A stretch of DNA of 37,395 nucleotides from a virus (Duplodnaviria > Caudoviricetes), in the IMG/VR virus record IMGVR_UViG_3300008253_000002, positions 1-37,395 of that record; one strand, given 5' to 3'. The stretch's first letter is position 1. Each line of letters opens with the position of its first letter. The position numbers were made by a program, and so were the translations under genes. A model generated the notes under the pieces. It was not told the DNA's origin and made no database searches. It was given only the letters and a program-made list of their open reading frames with translations. Below are positions 25,376 through 33,975 of this stretch, piece by piece.

Positions 25376-25673
25376 TTTTATCTGGAAAGATTGGTAGCAA
25401 AGCCTCTATCTCTTCTATGTCCTTACGAATTGCTTTACCTATCCGCTCCATGTAGGCATCAACACTCTCCGTATCTGGATCACGCACCGCCCAATACTTA
25501 CCCCTCTCCCCCTTATCAGAATAGCCACCCTTAACAGGGTCGTGTACTACCCCACAAGAGTGTTCTATAGCTTGTAAACTACGGCAGTATCTAATGAGGT
25601 CATCAATACCCTCTGGACTCAACTCAGATGCTTGCCGTGTTAGTTCTTCCAAAATTATTTTACTACTTTGCAT
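25356..25673 (-). CDS. Hypothetical protein
   Basis: Start moved to the ATG downstream of GGAGG; overlapping operon packing. Confidence 0.55.
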   Translation of the reverse strand: MQSSKIILEELTRQASELSPEGIDDLIRYCRSLQAIEHSCGVVHDPVKGGYSDKGERGKYWAVRDPDTESVDAYMERIGKAIRKDIEEIEALLPIFPDKNGGSNG

Positions 25674-25848
25674 CATCCACCTCCAATACATCTATCTCAT
25701 TCGCTTCAGGTATCCATTGCATACTTCCTTCAAGGTCGCCAATCTTGAGGTTCACAATATGTTGAGCGTGACCCTCACTATCGGCATTAACCACCAGAAC
25801 CCCTGACATGAAGTATCTCTTCATCCAATACGCCCTATACTTTTTCAT
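25663..25848 (-). CDS. Small hypothetical protein
   Basis: MKKYRAYW...VVNADSEGHA resembles small phage proteins with a 'V.A.S.EEA' pattern; G-rich RBS. Confidence 0.55.
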   Translation of the reverse strand: MKKYRAYWMKRYFMSGVLVVNADSEGHAQHIVNLKIGDLEGSMQWIPEANEIDVLEVDDAK

Positions 25849-25852
25849 CACG

Positions 25853-26107
25853 TTACCCCCAAATCTCAACCACTACGGTTTCTGGAGATGCTGATATAAC
25901 TGCGTGGGCTAACCGATCCAACGCAGGATCACTAACATCACCATGAACCCTTTTCACCACCGCTTCACCATCATTCGTGAATATGCAATCTACAACCCAC
26001 ACCAAATCACCATCCACAAGCCGCCAGTCTTTTTTAAGTTCCAGTTGCGCACCTGTTAGTTGGTATGGGTTGTTTCTAGGTCTTTTAACACGCTTCAACT
26101 GCTTCAT
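25853..26107 (-). CDS. Hypothetical protein, 84 aa
   Basis: ATGA overlap with the upstream gene. Confidence 0.55.
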   Translation of the reverse strand: MKQLKRVKRPRNNPYQLTGAQLELKKDWRLVDGDLVWVVDCIFTNDGEAVVKRVHGDVSDPALDRLAHAVISASPETVVVEIWG

Positions 26108-26511
26108 GACACGCCCCCATCCATAACAACGTAATCATCACAAGTAGGGCATTTGTCGCTGACAGACGTAACCCTTACCGCACAAGGTCGGCAATAAGCA
26201 TTCTTCATAACATTCTCACTATAATGGACATCTTCTTTGGCTCTGGCGATTGCCAGTTCATACTCATGCAGACCGATCACGATCCATGTGTTGATTGCTG
26301 ATTGGACACTTGGGCGTTGGGTGAAGTCAATACCACTAATTTGCCGGTACTCATCCCTTGCTATACGCATCACCTGTTGTGTGAACAGGTCTTCTGCACT
26401 ATCACTCCATTTATATTTAGCGTTGAACCGCTCGTCTAACTGTTCTTTGACAGCCGCATCAAGATGCAGACTGATGGTTTTTATATCTCTTTTAACTCGC
26501 TTCATTCTCAT
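26104..26511 (-). CDS. Hypothetical protein with possible ribbon-helix-helix N-terminus and C-terminal Zn ribbon
   Basis: AAGGAG RBS; KTISLHLDAAVKEQLD; CRPC...CPTC; first gene of the leftward operon. Confidence 0.55.
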   Translation of the reverse strand: MRMKRVKRDIKTISLHLDAAVKEQLDERFNAKYKWSDSAEDLFTQQVMRIARDEYRQISGIDFTQRPSVQSAINTWIVIGLHEYELAIARAKEDVHYSENVMKNAYCRPCAVRVTSVSDKCPTCDDYVVMDGGVS

Positions 26512-26558
26512 TATCTCCTTTTCTCAAAATATGTACACTCTTTGAAGAGTGCAAATTA

Positions 26559-26588
26559 ATAATAGCACAAGCTAGTCGTGGATAGCAA
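26559..26588 (-). promoter_or_regulatory. Sigma70-like leftward promoter containing the shared 18-bp motif
   Basis: Minus strand TTGCTA-N18-TATTAT with TG extension; contains ACTAGCTTGTGCTATTAT. Confidence 0.65.
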
Positions 26589-26659
26589 TATTTAATTTAG
26601 TTGCACCTGATTGCCGATAGTTGATAGAATCAAGCCTCCTACAACCAATAAGAGGACAC

Positions 26660-26989
26660 ATGGGCGATGACATACTTAAGAAAATAACAGATGATTGGAA
26701 CTCCCAAATAGCAACATCACCATCAACATTAGTTAAAAAGATAAAAAGTGTCGGTGGAGAGAGTATAGAAGGTGATTGGTATCTGGTGGACAGGTGTATC
26801 GTTAACGTGAAAATAGCGAACTTACTCTACTCAATCCCTGATCTAGCGTGGGCGATACTCAGCGAGGAAGGTGATCTACAGTTAGTTGACCTACCAACAG
26901 CTATCGCCCCTGACATTGTAGTTAAGGCGGTGGATTTACTGAAAACCCACACCACACATGAAAATAATATAAATCTTGAATTACATTAG
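26660..26989 (+). CDS. Hypothetical protein, about 109 aa
   Basis: AGAGGA RBS before ATG 26660 (ORF track starts at TTG 26621). Confidence 0.55.
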   Translation: MGDDILKKITDDWNSQIATSPSTLVKKIKSVGGESIEGDWYLVDRCIVNVKIANLLYSIPDLAWAILSEEGDLQLVDLPTAIAPDIVVKAVDLLKTHTTHENNINLELH

Positions 26990-27004
26990 CGAGGTGTAAT
27001 AAAT

Positions 27005-27325
27005 ATGTCAAAAAGACAAAGACCACTTATGCAGACCACCTACCTCGGAGATGCCGAAGAGGACAGGATTGAAGACCTTATTAAAGAGCGAGTTAAAGAG
27101 GATAGAAGACAAAGGAATGAACCCGAAATTAAGATTGATTGGACATACTCTACTATAAAGCAGTTCTGTCAACGGTATCCTGTCTTCACGGAAGGTGGTG
27201 TCCGATTCATGCTCCACGAAGAATCCAAACATCATCTGCGGGAGCGTGGTTGTGTTGTCCGTGTCGGTGGAAGAATATTGGTGCATGAGAAAAAGTTCTT
27301 AAAGGCACATGGATTAGAGTATTGA
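27005..27325 (+). CDS. Xis/MerR-like winged-helix DNA-binding protein
   Basis: TIKQFCQRYPVFTEGGVRFML...VVRVGGRILVHEKKF; GAGGTG RBS. Confidence 0.7.
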   Translation: MSKRQRPLMQTTYLGDAEEDRIEDLIKERVKEDRRQRNEPEIKIDWTYSTIKQFCQRYPVFTEGGVRFMLHEESKHHLRERGCVVRVGGRILVHEKKFLKAHGLEY

Positions 27326-27350
27326 TAACATCACTAGCTAGTGCTATAAT
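27322..27350 (+). promoter_or_regulatory. Near-consensus sigma70 promoter with a palindromic operator-like spacer
   Basis: TTGATA-N17-TATAAT with TGn extension; perfect palindrome CACTAGCTAGTG at 27332-27343. Confidence 0.8.
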
Positions 27351-27384
27351 ATTAAAACTATCAAAGCACAGGGAAAGTTAGAGC

Positions 27385-27651
27385 ATGACCAAATTTAAGG
27401 AATTTTATCTGGGGTTATCTACGCATGAACGCAGAGAGTTAGCCAAACGCATGGACACCTCAGAACAATACTTGTACCAACTCAGTACAGGTTTTAGGCG
27501 TTTTGGTTACAAGACCCTAGAGCGTGTTGAGTCTGCTACATGGGGTTATATCACGCCCAATGACTTGATAGTCACCACACCACCACCAAGAGTCAGAACA
27601 CCCTTATTAAGAAAGAAAGTGTCTGAGTTGATGCGCTCTGGCAACCCTTGA
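27385..27651 (+). CDS. Cro/YdaS-like HTH regulator
   Basis: RRELAKRMDTSEQYLYQLSTGFRR...VESATWGYITPNDL. Confidence 0.82.
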   Translation: MTKFKEFYLGLSTHERRELAKRMDTSEQYLYQLSTGFRRFGYKTLERVESATWGYITPNDLIVTTPPPRVRTPLLRKKVSELMRSGNP

Positions 27652-27669
27652 CTTACTTAATGAAGTCGC

Positions 27670-27701
27670 ACCCCGATCCTGTGTATCGGGGTTTCTTTTT
27701 T
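27670..27701 (+). terminator. Intrinsic terminator between the Cro-like gene and the replicase
   Basis: ACCCCGAT-cctgtgt-ATCGGGGT followed by TTCTTTTTT. Confidence 0.8.
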
Positions 27702-27723
27702 ATGGGGATAAAAGGATAAAAAC

Positions 27724-30700
27724 ATGGATAAGATCACCGCACAATTTGTAGCAGAGTCAATATCACCAGACCTAGCTAAAGTCGAAAAAGACGGTTCATG
27801 GGTTACGCAATGTGTACACCCTAACCACCCTGACAATGACCCCTCTCTGGTTATCACCGATAAGAAAGGTGGTGGCATACTGGTGTTCTGCCGTGGAGGT
27901 TGTAAGCAGAGCGAAGTCGTTGCAGAACTCCAGAACAGGGAACTGTGGGCAACCAAGTCAGACCTGAGAACAAGTGTTAAGGGCAAGGGTAGCCGTAGCA
28001 CCGTGACTTCTAAGTACCGATACTATTCTGAGGATGGGGAATTACTGTTTGAAAAGCAACGTAAAGAATCATCCGCAGGGAAAAAGACCTTTGTCATCGG
28101 TACATATAATGAAACGGGTGCTTTTATCTACGGCAAACCCAAAGGACACCCACCCCTGTACAACCTGAGTGCAGTTATATCTTCACAGGAAGTGTACATC
28201 GTGGAGGGTGAGAAAGATGTTGATACCTTAACTGACCTTGGGATAACTGCCACCACTAACTTTGACGGTGCAGGGAGGTGGTCTATTGACCACTACAACC
28301 CACCGCTCAAGGGCAAAGATATTATCTTAGTACCTGACAATGACACCGCAGGGCGTAAGCACATGAACGTAGTGGGTATGTCCGTTATGCTTGTCGCTAA
28401 TAGTGTTAAGGTGCTGATGTTAGATGGACTCCCTGACAAGGGGGATGTCTCCGATTGGCTGAATGGTGGGCGTAGCATCGTGGAGTTTCTAGCCCTCTCG
28501 TCCGATGCTCCACCATTCTCCCCAGATGACGCTGTGCCGTGGCGTGACAGGCTATTGATGAGTGACAAGGGGGTTGTTGAGAAGATCGCTAAGAATGTCC
28601 ACATAGCCTTTAGACACGCACCACAGTTTAAGAATAAGTTGCGGTTCAATCTGTTCACCCACACCGTAGAGATCAGCGACAGTGGTGATGATCTGCCGTG
28701 GGCAAGTTCTGGTGAGTGGACTGACCATGACACCATGATGGCAAATGTAGAGTTGAATGACATGGGCATCTTGGTGGGTAAGAACCTGACCGATGATGGG
28801 ATGCTGTCAGTTGCAAGATTGTCTGAGAACTCCTATGACCCCTTGAAAGATTACTTAGAGGGTGTTGAGTGGGATGGTGTGCCTAGAGTTGATGATTGGC
28901 TACTTACCTATGCTAACTGTACTGACCGCAAGGACTACCTTAACATCATTGGTGCTAAGTGGTTGATTGGTGCTGTAGCCAGAGGTCTTAATAACAACCC
29001 GAATGGGGTTAAAGTAGACACTATGCTCATCTTGGAATCTGCACAGGGGCGTAAGAAAAGTACCCTTGTAGAGAGTTTATGCCCCGATAAGACATGGTTC
29101 TGCGATGGGATTGAGGGTGATCTTGGGAACAAAGATGCTGTGATTCTGTTGCAAGGTGCGTTCATCGTGGAAATTCCTGAGTTGGGAGCGTTCTCCAAGA
29201 CCGCAATCAACCAACAAAAGTCTTTTATTAGTCGTAAGGTTGATAAGGTGAGGTTGCCGTTTGAGCGGCACAGTTCGTCATTGCCCAGACGATGTGTGTT
29301 TATTGGTACGCATAACCCCAATGGTGAAGAGTATCTGCGTGACCCATCAGGGAATCGTAGGTTTCTTCCTTGTGAGGTTGGTGCTACCGTGGATATTGAG
29401 GGTTTGGAACGTGACAGAAACCAACTCTGGGGTGAGGCGGTACACCGCTATAAATCAGGTGAATCTTGGTGGGTGGACGATGAGAGTATGGCAGAAATTG
29501 TCAGGTCAGAGCAGAGTAGTCGGTTCTTAGACCATGACATTATGGACGTTGTGGATATGTATATTACACAGCAACCAATCATTCTAGATGCCACGGATAA
29601 AAGGAATATTGACATTGAATGGCACGACCGTGATGAGTCTTTGACAGTCTTTTTCCCCAAACTATTCTGGTTGGAAGTGTATGCGGAAGAGTTCGCTACA
29701 GGGTGTCAAAAACAGCTTAAAGATGGTATCAATCGGGGCATGGCACACCGTGGGTGGGTGAAGGGAACTTACTGGTGTGGTGGGTTGAAATCTACCTGTA
29801 AAGGGTTCAAAAAGACCACAAAAGAGGGTGGCGATGAGGATTTTGGTAAGGTTTTGGGAAAGGTGCTGAAACCATTACTAAAAAGTAATGGTTCTAGCGT
29901 GGATGAAAAAAACCTTACCAAAAACACAAAACCTTACCAAAACCTTACCAAAAAACCCGAAAACCCCGAAAACTCGGAGTTTATCGGAAAAACGCTGAAA
30001 CCATTACTAAATAGTAATGAATCTGATTCTGGTAAGGTAAGGAAAACGGTAAGGTCGGAAAAAACGCTGGAAGCCACGGAATCCGTGGCAATAATAAAAC
30101 CTTACTTACCTTACTATAAAAAGAGTAATATTATTAAATATAATAATAATGTAAATAGTAATGACATAAATTATTCTCACAGGATGGTTATGAAAACGGG
30201 TTATTTTGGTAAGGTTGGTAAGGTCGAGAAAAACGGTAATTATTTTTCTGTTGTCCGAGGGGATTCTGAGAAACCTTACCAACCTTACCGAAAAAACAGC
30301 ATAACTTTTGTCGAGACCGAATTTTTGTTATCCACGTTCGATTCGTTGGTTGGAATTGACTTTGAAACCACAGGTTTATCGCCACGAATAGGTCATGTAA
30401 GATCGGCTCAATTATGGTGTGGTGATGTGGGTATTTTTGTCGATTTTGGTGCTGACCTTGGTTATGAGAATCGGGATAAGGAGGGAGTGATCCGTGGGAA
30501 CTTAGCGTTCCGAGATTTCTGCCAAGCGATCAGTAAACATACACATGGGTTCGTGGCACATAATGCTCAGTTTGAACACAAGTGGATTCGCCACGCTTGT
30601 CCAGAGGTTGGGGATAGGATTGTTATCCACGATACGATGTTAGCTTATGGTTCAATGTATGGTGGGGCGATTTCGTTAGCTGACGCTTGTAAACGGTTTC

Positions 30701-32091
30701 TTAAAGTGGATTTGCCCAAGACCCAACAGAAAAGTAATTGGAACGCCTTGGAGTTAACTGACACACAAATATCTTATGCTATGGCAGATTCCGAGATTGT
30801 TCTGGATTTGTGGAAGGTGTTGGGTAAGCAGTTAAATGACCGTGGGATGGTCAAAGGGTATAAGTTGTTGTTGAGTAGTGTCGCTCCTATTGACCGTATG
30901 ATGAGTAACGGTATGCCTTTTGATATTGTGGGTCATGAGCGTGTTCTTAGACGCTTTGAAGAGGGTGTTGAGTTAGCATCTAGGAGTCTTAATCGCATCT
31001 GTCCTGAGATTGCGAATTGGGATTCACCGACACAGGTTGTTAAGTGGGTTAATGCCAAGTTATCGGAGTGTCCTTTAGAGGATAGACGCTCTGCTTTGGC
31101 AGGGTGGGAAAAGACAGGTGGTGGTGCTTTAACATTGGGTAGGGCTGTTTTAACTGAGCGGTTGTCTGGTGGGCATATTAAGGATGGGTATTTGCGTAAG
31201 GTGTTGTCTAGGTATCTCGCTCGTCAACGAAGGAAGAAAATTAAGAGTACATACGGCAGTTCGTTACGAAAATTGGTTAGTGATGGTCGTATTTATGGTC
31301 ATCTGAGGATTATGGGTGCGGTGACAGGACGAATGTCATCATCTGAGCCTAATCTACAGAATATGCCGTCAGGGGCGTTTAGAGGGTTATTTAAAGCATC
31401 CGAGGATTGTAAGATTTTAGTCTGCGATTACTCACAAATTGAGGTTCGTGTGGGTGGTATGTTGGCAGATTGTGATGTACTTGGTGATATTTTCTCTAAG
31501 GGGATTGATGTGCATCGAGGTACTGCGGCTAAAATGTTCCGTGTTTCAGTTGATGAGGTCACTAAGGCACAACGTAGAGCCGCAAAAAGTTTAACTTTTG
31601 GTATGCAATACGGCATGGGTGCTAGAAGTATTGCTAAGTTGATGGATTGTACTGTTGAAGAGGCTAATGGGTTCATCAGGTTGTGGAAGTCAACCTACCC
31701 TAAAGTATCGGTCTGGCGGGATGCTCAAGCTAAGATAGGGTCACAAGGTGGGTTATTAACTACAGCAGGGGGGAGAACTATTTATGTGAACAGGGGTGTT
31801 TCACCATCATGTTGTTACAATTATCCTGTACAGGGGTCAGCTAGTGATGTGATGTATGCCGCAATCATTGAGTTGGACAGGTTGCTAAGTTGGGAGGATA
31901 TTGACTGCCGACCTATTGCGGTGGTTCATGATGAGATTGTTATGGAGTCAGCAGATCGTGATGTTGACAGGAGTAAAGAGTTACTGGAGATGGCAATGTT
32001 AAATGGGTTTAAGCAGATATTCCCTGATGGTGATATTACAGGGTTGTTGGACGGTGGTTGTTTAGTAGGTGATTCGTGGGGGGTTAAGTGA
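27724..32091 (+). CDS. Fused replicase: Zn-finger/TOPRIM primase, VapE-type P-loop helicase, 3'-5' exonuclease and family A DNA polymerase, 1455 aa
   Basis: Zn: CVHPNH...FCRGGC. TOPRIM: IVEGEKD, PDND, GDVSDW. VapE: WDGVPR, AQGRKKST, IVEIPEL, FIGTHN, DPSGNRRF. Exo: DFETTG, HNAQFE, YAMAD. PolA: TGRMSSSEPNLQN, DYSQIE, RAAKSLTFGMQYG, NYPVQG, VHDE. Confidence 0.92.
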   Translation: MDKITAQFVAESISPDLAKVEKDGSWVTQCVHPNHPDNDPSLVITDKKGGGILVFCRGGCKQSEVVAELQNRELWATKSDLRTSVKGKGSRSTVTSKYRYYSEDGELLFEKQRKESSAGKKTFVIGTYNETGAFIYGKPKGHPPLYNLSAVISSQEVYIVEGEKDVDTLTDLGITATTNFDGAGRWSIDHYNPPLKGKDIILVPDNDTAGRKHMNVVGMSVMLVANSVKVLMLDGLPDKGDVSDWLNGGRSIVEFLALSSDAPPFSPDDAVPWRDRLLMSDKGVVEKIAKNVHIAFRHAPQFKNKLRFNLFTHTVEISDSGDDLPWASSGEWTDHDTMMANVELNDMGILVGKNLTDDGMLSVARLSENSYDPLKDYLEGVEWDGVPRVDDWLLTYANCTDRKDYLNIIGAKWLIGAVARGLNNNPNGVKVDTMLILESAQGRKKSTLVESLCPDKTWFCDGIEGDLGNKDAVILLQGAFIVEIPELGAFSKTAINQQKSFISRKVDKVRLPFERHSSSLPRRCVFIGTHNPNGEEYLRDPSGNRRFLPCEVGATVDIEGLERDRNQLWGEAVHRYKSGESWWVDDESMAEIVRSEQSSRFLDHDIMDVVDMYITQQPIILDATDKRNIDIEWHDRDESLTVFFPKLFWLEVYAEEFATGCQKQLKDGINRGMAHRGWVKGTYWCGGLKSTCKGFKKTTKEGGDEDFGKVLGKVLKPLLKSNGSSVDEKNLTKNTKPYQNLTKKPENPENSEFIGKTLKPLLNSNESDSGKVRKTVRSEKTLEATESVAIIKPYLPYYKKSNIIKYNNNVNSNDINYSHRMVMKTGYFGKVGKVEKNGNYFSVVRGDSEKPYQPYRKNSITFVETEFLLSTFDSLVGIDFETTGLSPRIGHVRSAQLWCGDVGIFVDFGADLGYENRDKEGVIRGNLAFRDFCQAISKHTHGFVAHNAQFEHKWIRHACPEVGDRIVIHDTMLAYGSMYGGAISLADACKRFLKVDLPKTQQKSNWNALELTDTQISYAMADSEIVLDLWKVLGKQLNDRGMVKGYKLLLSSVAPIDRMMSNGMPFDIVGHERVLRRFEEGVELASRSLNRICPEIANWDSPTQVVKWVNAKLSECPLEDRRSALAGWEKTGGGALTLGRAVLTERLSGGHIKDGYLRKVLSRYLARQRRKKIKSTYGSSLRKLVSDGRIYGHLRIMGAVTGRMSSSEPNLQNMPSGAFRGLFKASEDCKILVCDYSQIEVRVGGMLADCDVLGDIFSKGIDVHRGTAAKMFRVSVDEVTKAQRRAAKSLTFGMQYGMGARSIAKLMDCTVEEANGFIRLWKSTYPKVSVWRDAQAKIGSQGGLLTTAGGRTIYVNRGVSPSCCYNYPVQGSASDVMYAAIIELDRLLSWEDIDCRPIAVVHDEIVMESADRDVDRSKELLEMAMLNGFKQIFPDGDITGLLDGGCLVGDSWGVK
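29841..30294. other. Putative replication origin (CCTTACC/GGTAAGG iterons, three hairpins, AT-rich core) inside the replicase ORF
   Basis: 11 exact heptamers in both orientations; hairpins at 29870-29893, 30002-30019 and 30073-30089; AT-rich tract ~30112-30175. Confidence 0.78.
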
Positions 32092-32264
32092 TTAAGTGGT
32101 TAAATAAATGGGTCAGACCAACGGAAGAACCACGAAGGTCAGAGAATCAATGTCATTGTGGTGCGAACATGATTGTGTATTATTCCAAGGGGATTAGGTC
32201 GTGCTACCATTGTGGTAGAAACTATGAAATCTCTAATGGTGTGGAAATTAGGCATCAGCGATGA
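32088..32264 (+). CDS. Small Zn-ribbon protein, 58 aa (not in ORF track)
   Basis: GTGA overlap with the replicase stop; MIKWLNKWVRPTEEPRRSENQCHCGANMIVYYSKGIRSCYHCGRNYEISNGVEIRHQR*. Confidence 0.65.
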   Translation: MIKWLNKWVRPTEEPRRSENQCHCGANMIVYYSKGIRSCYHCGRNYEISNGVEIRHQR

Positions 32265-32417
32265 GGTGATATTGGTTTGAGTTAGGTTTAGCATCCACTT
32301 TGCGCCCACCTTCTCAAACTATGTTCCTCGTTCCTCCACTCCCAAAATGGGTTTTTTCCCATTAAAATCATGGGTCTTCCCTGACCTGTGAGTTCTCCCT
32401 GATTCGTCCGATCTCTT

Positions 32418-32849
32418 TTATTTACGCTCCGAGTTCAGAAACCAATGTACAAATTCATCGGGGTTTTTTATTGTCCGATCATTTGCATCATTTCGTAAAT
32501 TTAAATATTCTTTTGCACTCATGGAAACCTGATATTCGTTAAGTGGTTGCCATGCTATATCTTTAATAGTTTCTAAATCTACCTTAAAACTATTTCCTAT
32601 TTCATCGACAATGGTGTGTTTAACTAAATCGTTTTTTGTGTATAGATATTTTATTGGGTTATAAGAATATCCCCTTAGTGGGTTTTCTAAATCCCACGTT
32701 TGGCTAATGCATTGTGATACATAGTCACTTGATACGCCTGTCTCGATCAGTTCATCTACGGTTATCGTTGATGGGTTAAAATCCTTTAGGTGTTCTACTA
32801 TTGTTACACGACACTTTTCGTCTTCAATTAATCGGTGATTCGTTGTCAT
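32418..32849 (-). CDS. Hypothetical protein, 143 aa
   Basis: AAGGGG RBS, AT-rich coding sequence; no motif recognised. Confidence 0.65.
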   Translation of the reverse strand: MTTNHRLIEDEKCRVTIVEHLKDFNPSTITVDELIETGVSSDYVSQCISQTWDLENPLRGYSYNPIKYLYTKNDLVKHTIVDEIGNSFKVDLETIKDIAWQPLNEYQVSMSAKEYLNLRNDANDRTIKNPDEFVHWFLNSERK

Positions 32850-32911
32850 TTTTTACCCCTTGGTGGTGTTGTTAAAAACTCATTGTTAAATATACTTGTG
32901 TAAATAGATTT

Positions 32912-32952
32912 AAAAATAAGCTGAACGACTAGCAAGTGACACTAGCCGTTCA
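32912..32952 (-). terminator. Intrinsic terminator downstream of the peptidase gene
   Basis: Minus strand UGAACGGCUAG-N9-CUAGUCGUUCA (11 bp, one G-U pair) then GCUUAUUUUU; the G-U pair fixes the strand. Confidence 0.72.
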
Positions 32953-32970
32953 TCATCATTTATTGTTTGT

Positions 32971-33975
32971 TCATAGTTTAAAATCCTTGTTGTTTTGATC
33001 GTCTAAATATTCGTGTATATCGGCTAAACTGAAACCCATGTGTTCTAAAAAATCGTTCGTTGCTCTTGGTCTATTTCTAATGAATATTTCTAACTTGCTT
33101 GCGGTGTGTTGGTAAACTGGTGCTTTAGTTTTGACCTTGATTTTCTTGTGCGTCTTTTTTGGTTTGAGTGGTGGATACGTTACACTTGAGCGATACCCAT
33201 TGGAGTTATACCCATAGTTGGTGGCATATCCCCAATCAATTTCTTCACATGGTTCTTTAAAGACTTGTAAATTATCCCAATCAAATTCTAAAAGCTTATC
33301 TATTAGTTCAAGCATAAAATCTATATCTTGATATTCGTTAGTGGTGTGTTGATTGAAATATCCGACAGATAAATTCACACATTCATTCACTTTAAAACGA
33401 AAACTGGCACTATCAGTTACACTACCCACGGCTGATTGCATTCCAAGGCTTTCATATTGCAAAGCATATTGTGTACTGGCAGTTCGCACCCCTAATTGGG
33501 TTGTGACGATGTCGTTATACCCTTTTCTGTCAAACGATATAGCTTGTGTGATATTGTCCAAACATAGTGTGTTAGCACAGTGTTCTGAGCCGTTACACCC
33601 AATTTCTTCCTCCCTCATGAGGATATACACCCCATTGGGTGGATTGGACGATTTGAGTAGTTGTAGTAAAATGAAGATTCCGGTCGTATCATCCGCTCCG
33701 AGACAATTTGCTGTTGATGATACGACCGAGTACTGATCGTCTATCAGCAATTTTTGTTGTCCACCGATTTGATGTACTGTATCAGTATGGGCTAAAAATA
33801 GTTTATCGGGATTGTCTCCAATCTCACACATAAAATTTCCGAAACTATCCTCGAAACCACCATGCATTTCGATAGTTGGTAATATGAATTTCTCACACCA
33901 AGCATCTTCCTCGACACTCATTGCCGGTCTCATAGTTTTTAACATTTCTAAATATTCGTCTTTTAAGTTTTGCAT
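32971..33975 (-). CDS. M28/M42-like zinc-dependent peptidase/amidohydrolase
   Basis: AHTDTV, LGADD, EEIG, FDRKG and NLSVGYFNQHT metal-ligand motifs. Confidence 0.88.
   Translation of the reverse strand: MQNLKDEYLEMLKTMRPAMSVEEDAWCEKFILPTIEMHGGFEDSFGNFMCEIGDNPDKLFLAHTDTVHQIGGQQKLLIDDQYSVVSSTANCLGADDTTGIFILLQLLKSSNPPNGVYILMREEEIGCNGSEHCANTLCLDNITQAISFDRKGYNDIVTTQLGVRTASTQYALQYESLGMQSAVGSVTDSASFRFKVNECVNLSVGYFNQHTTNEYQDIDFMLELIDKLLEFDWDNLQVFKEPCEEIDWGYATNYGYNSNGYRSSVTYPPLKPKKTHKKIKVKTKAPVYQHTASKLEIFIRNRPRATNDFLEHMGFSLADIHEYLDDQNNKDFKL

Noticed and set aside
26600-27651. Classical lysogeny switch
   Set aside because: Cro-like and Xis-like genes are present, but no CI repressor, integrase or att site is visible; lifestyle cannot be decided from this window
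27657-28001. 114-aa antisense ORF over the replicase start
   Set aside because: Overlaps the conserved Zn-finger coding region and the terminator on the opposite strand; no supporting motif
29820-30340. Replicase linker as an intein or intron
   Set aside because: No intein terminal motifs or homing endonuclease signature; it lies between domains and is explained by DNA-level iterons
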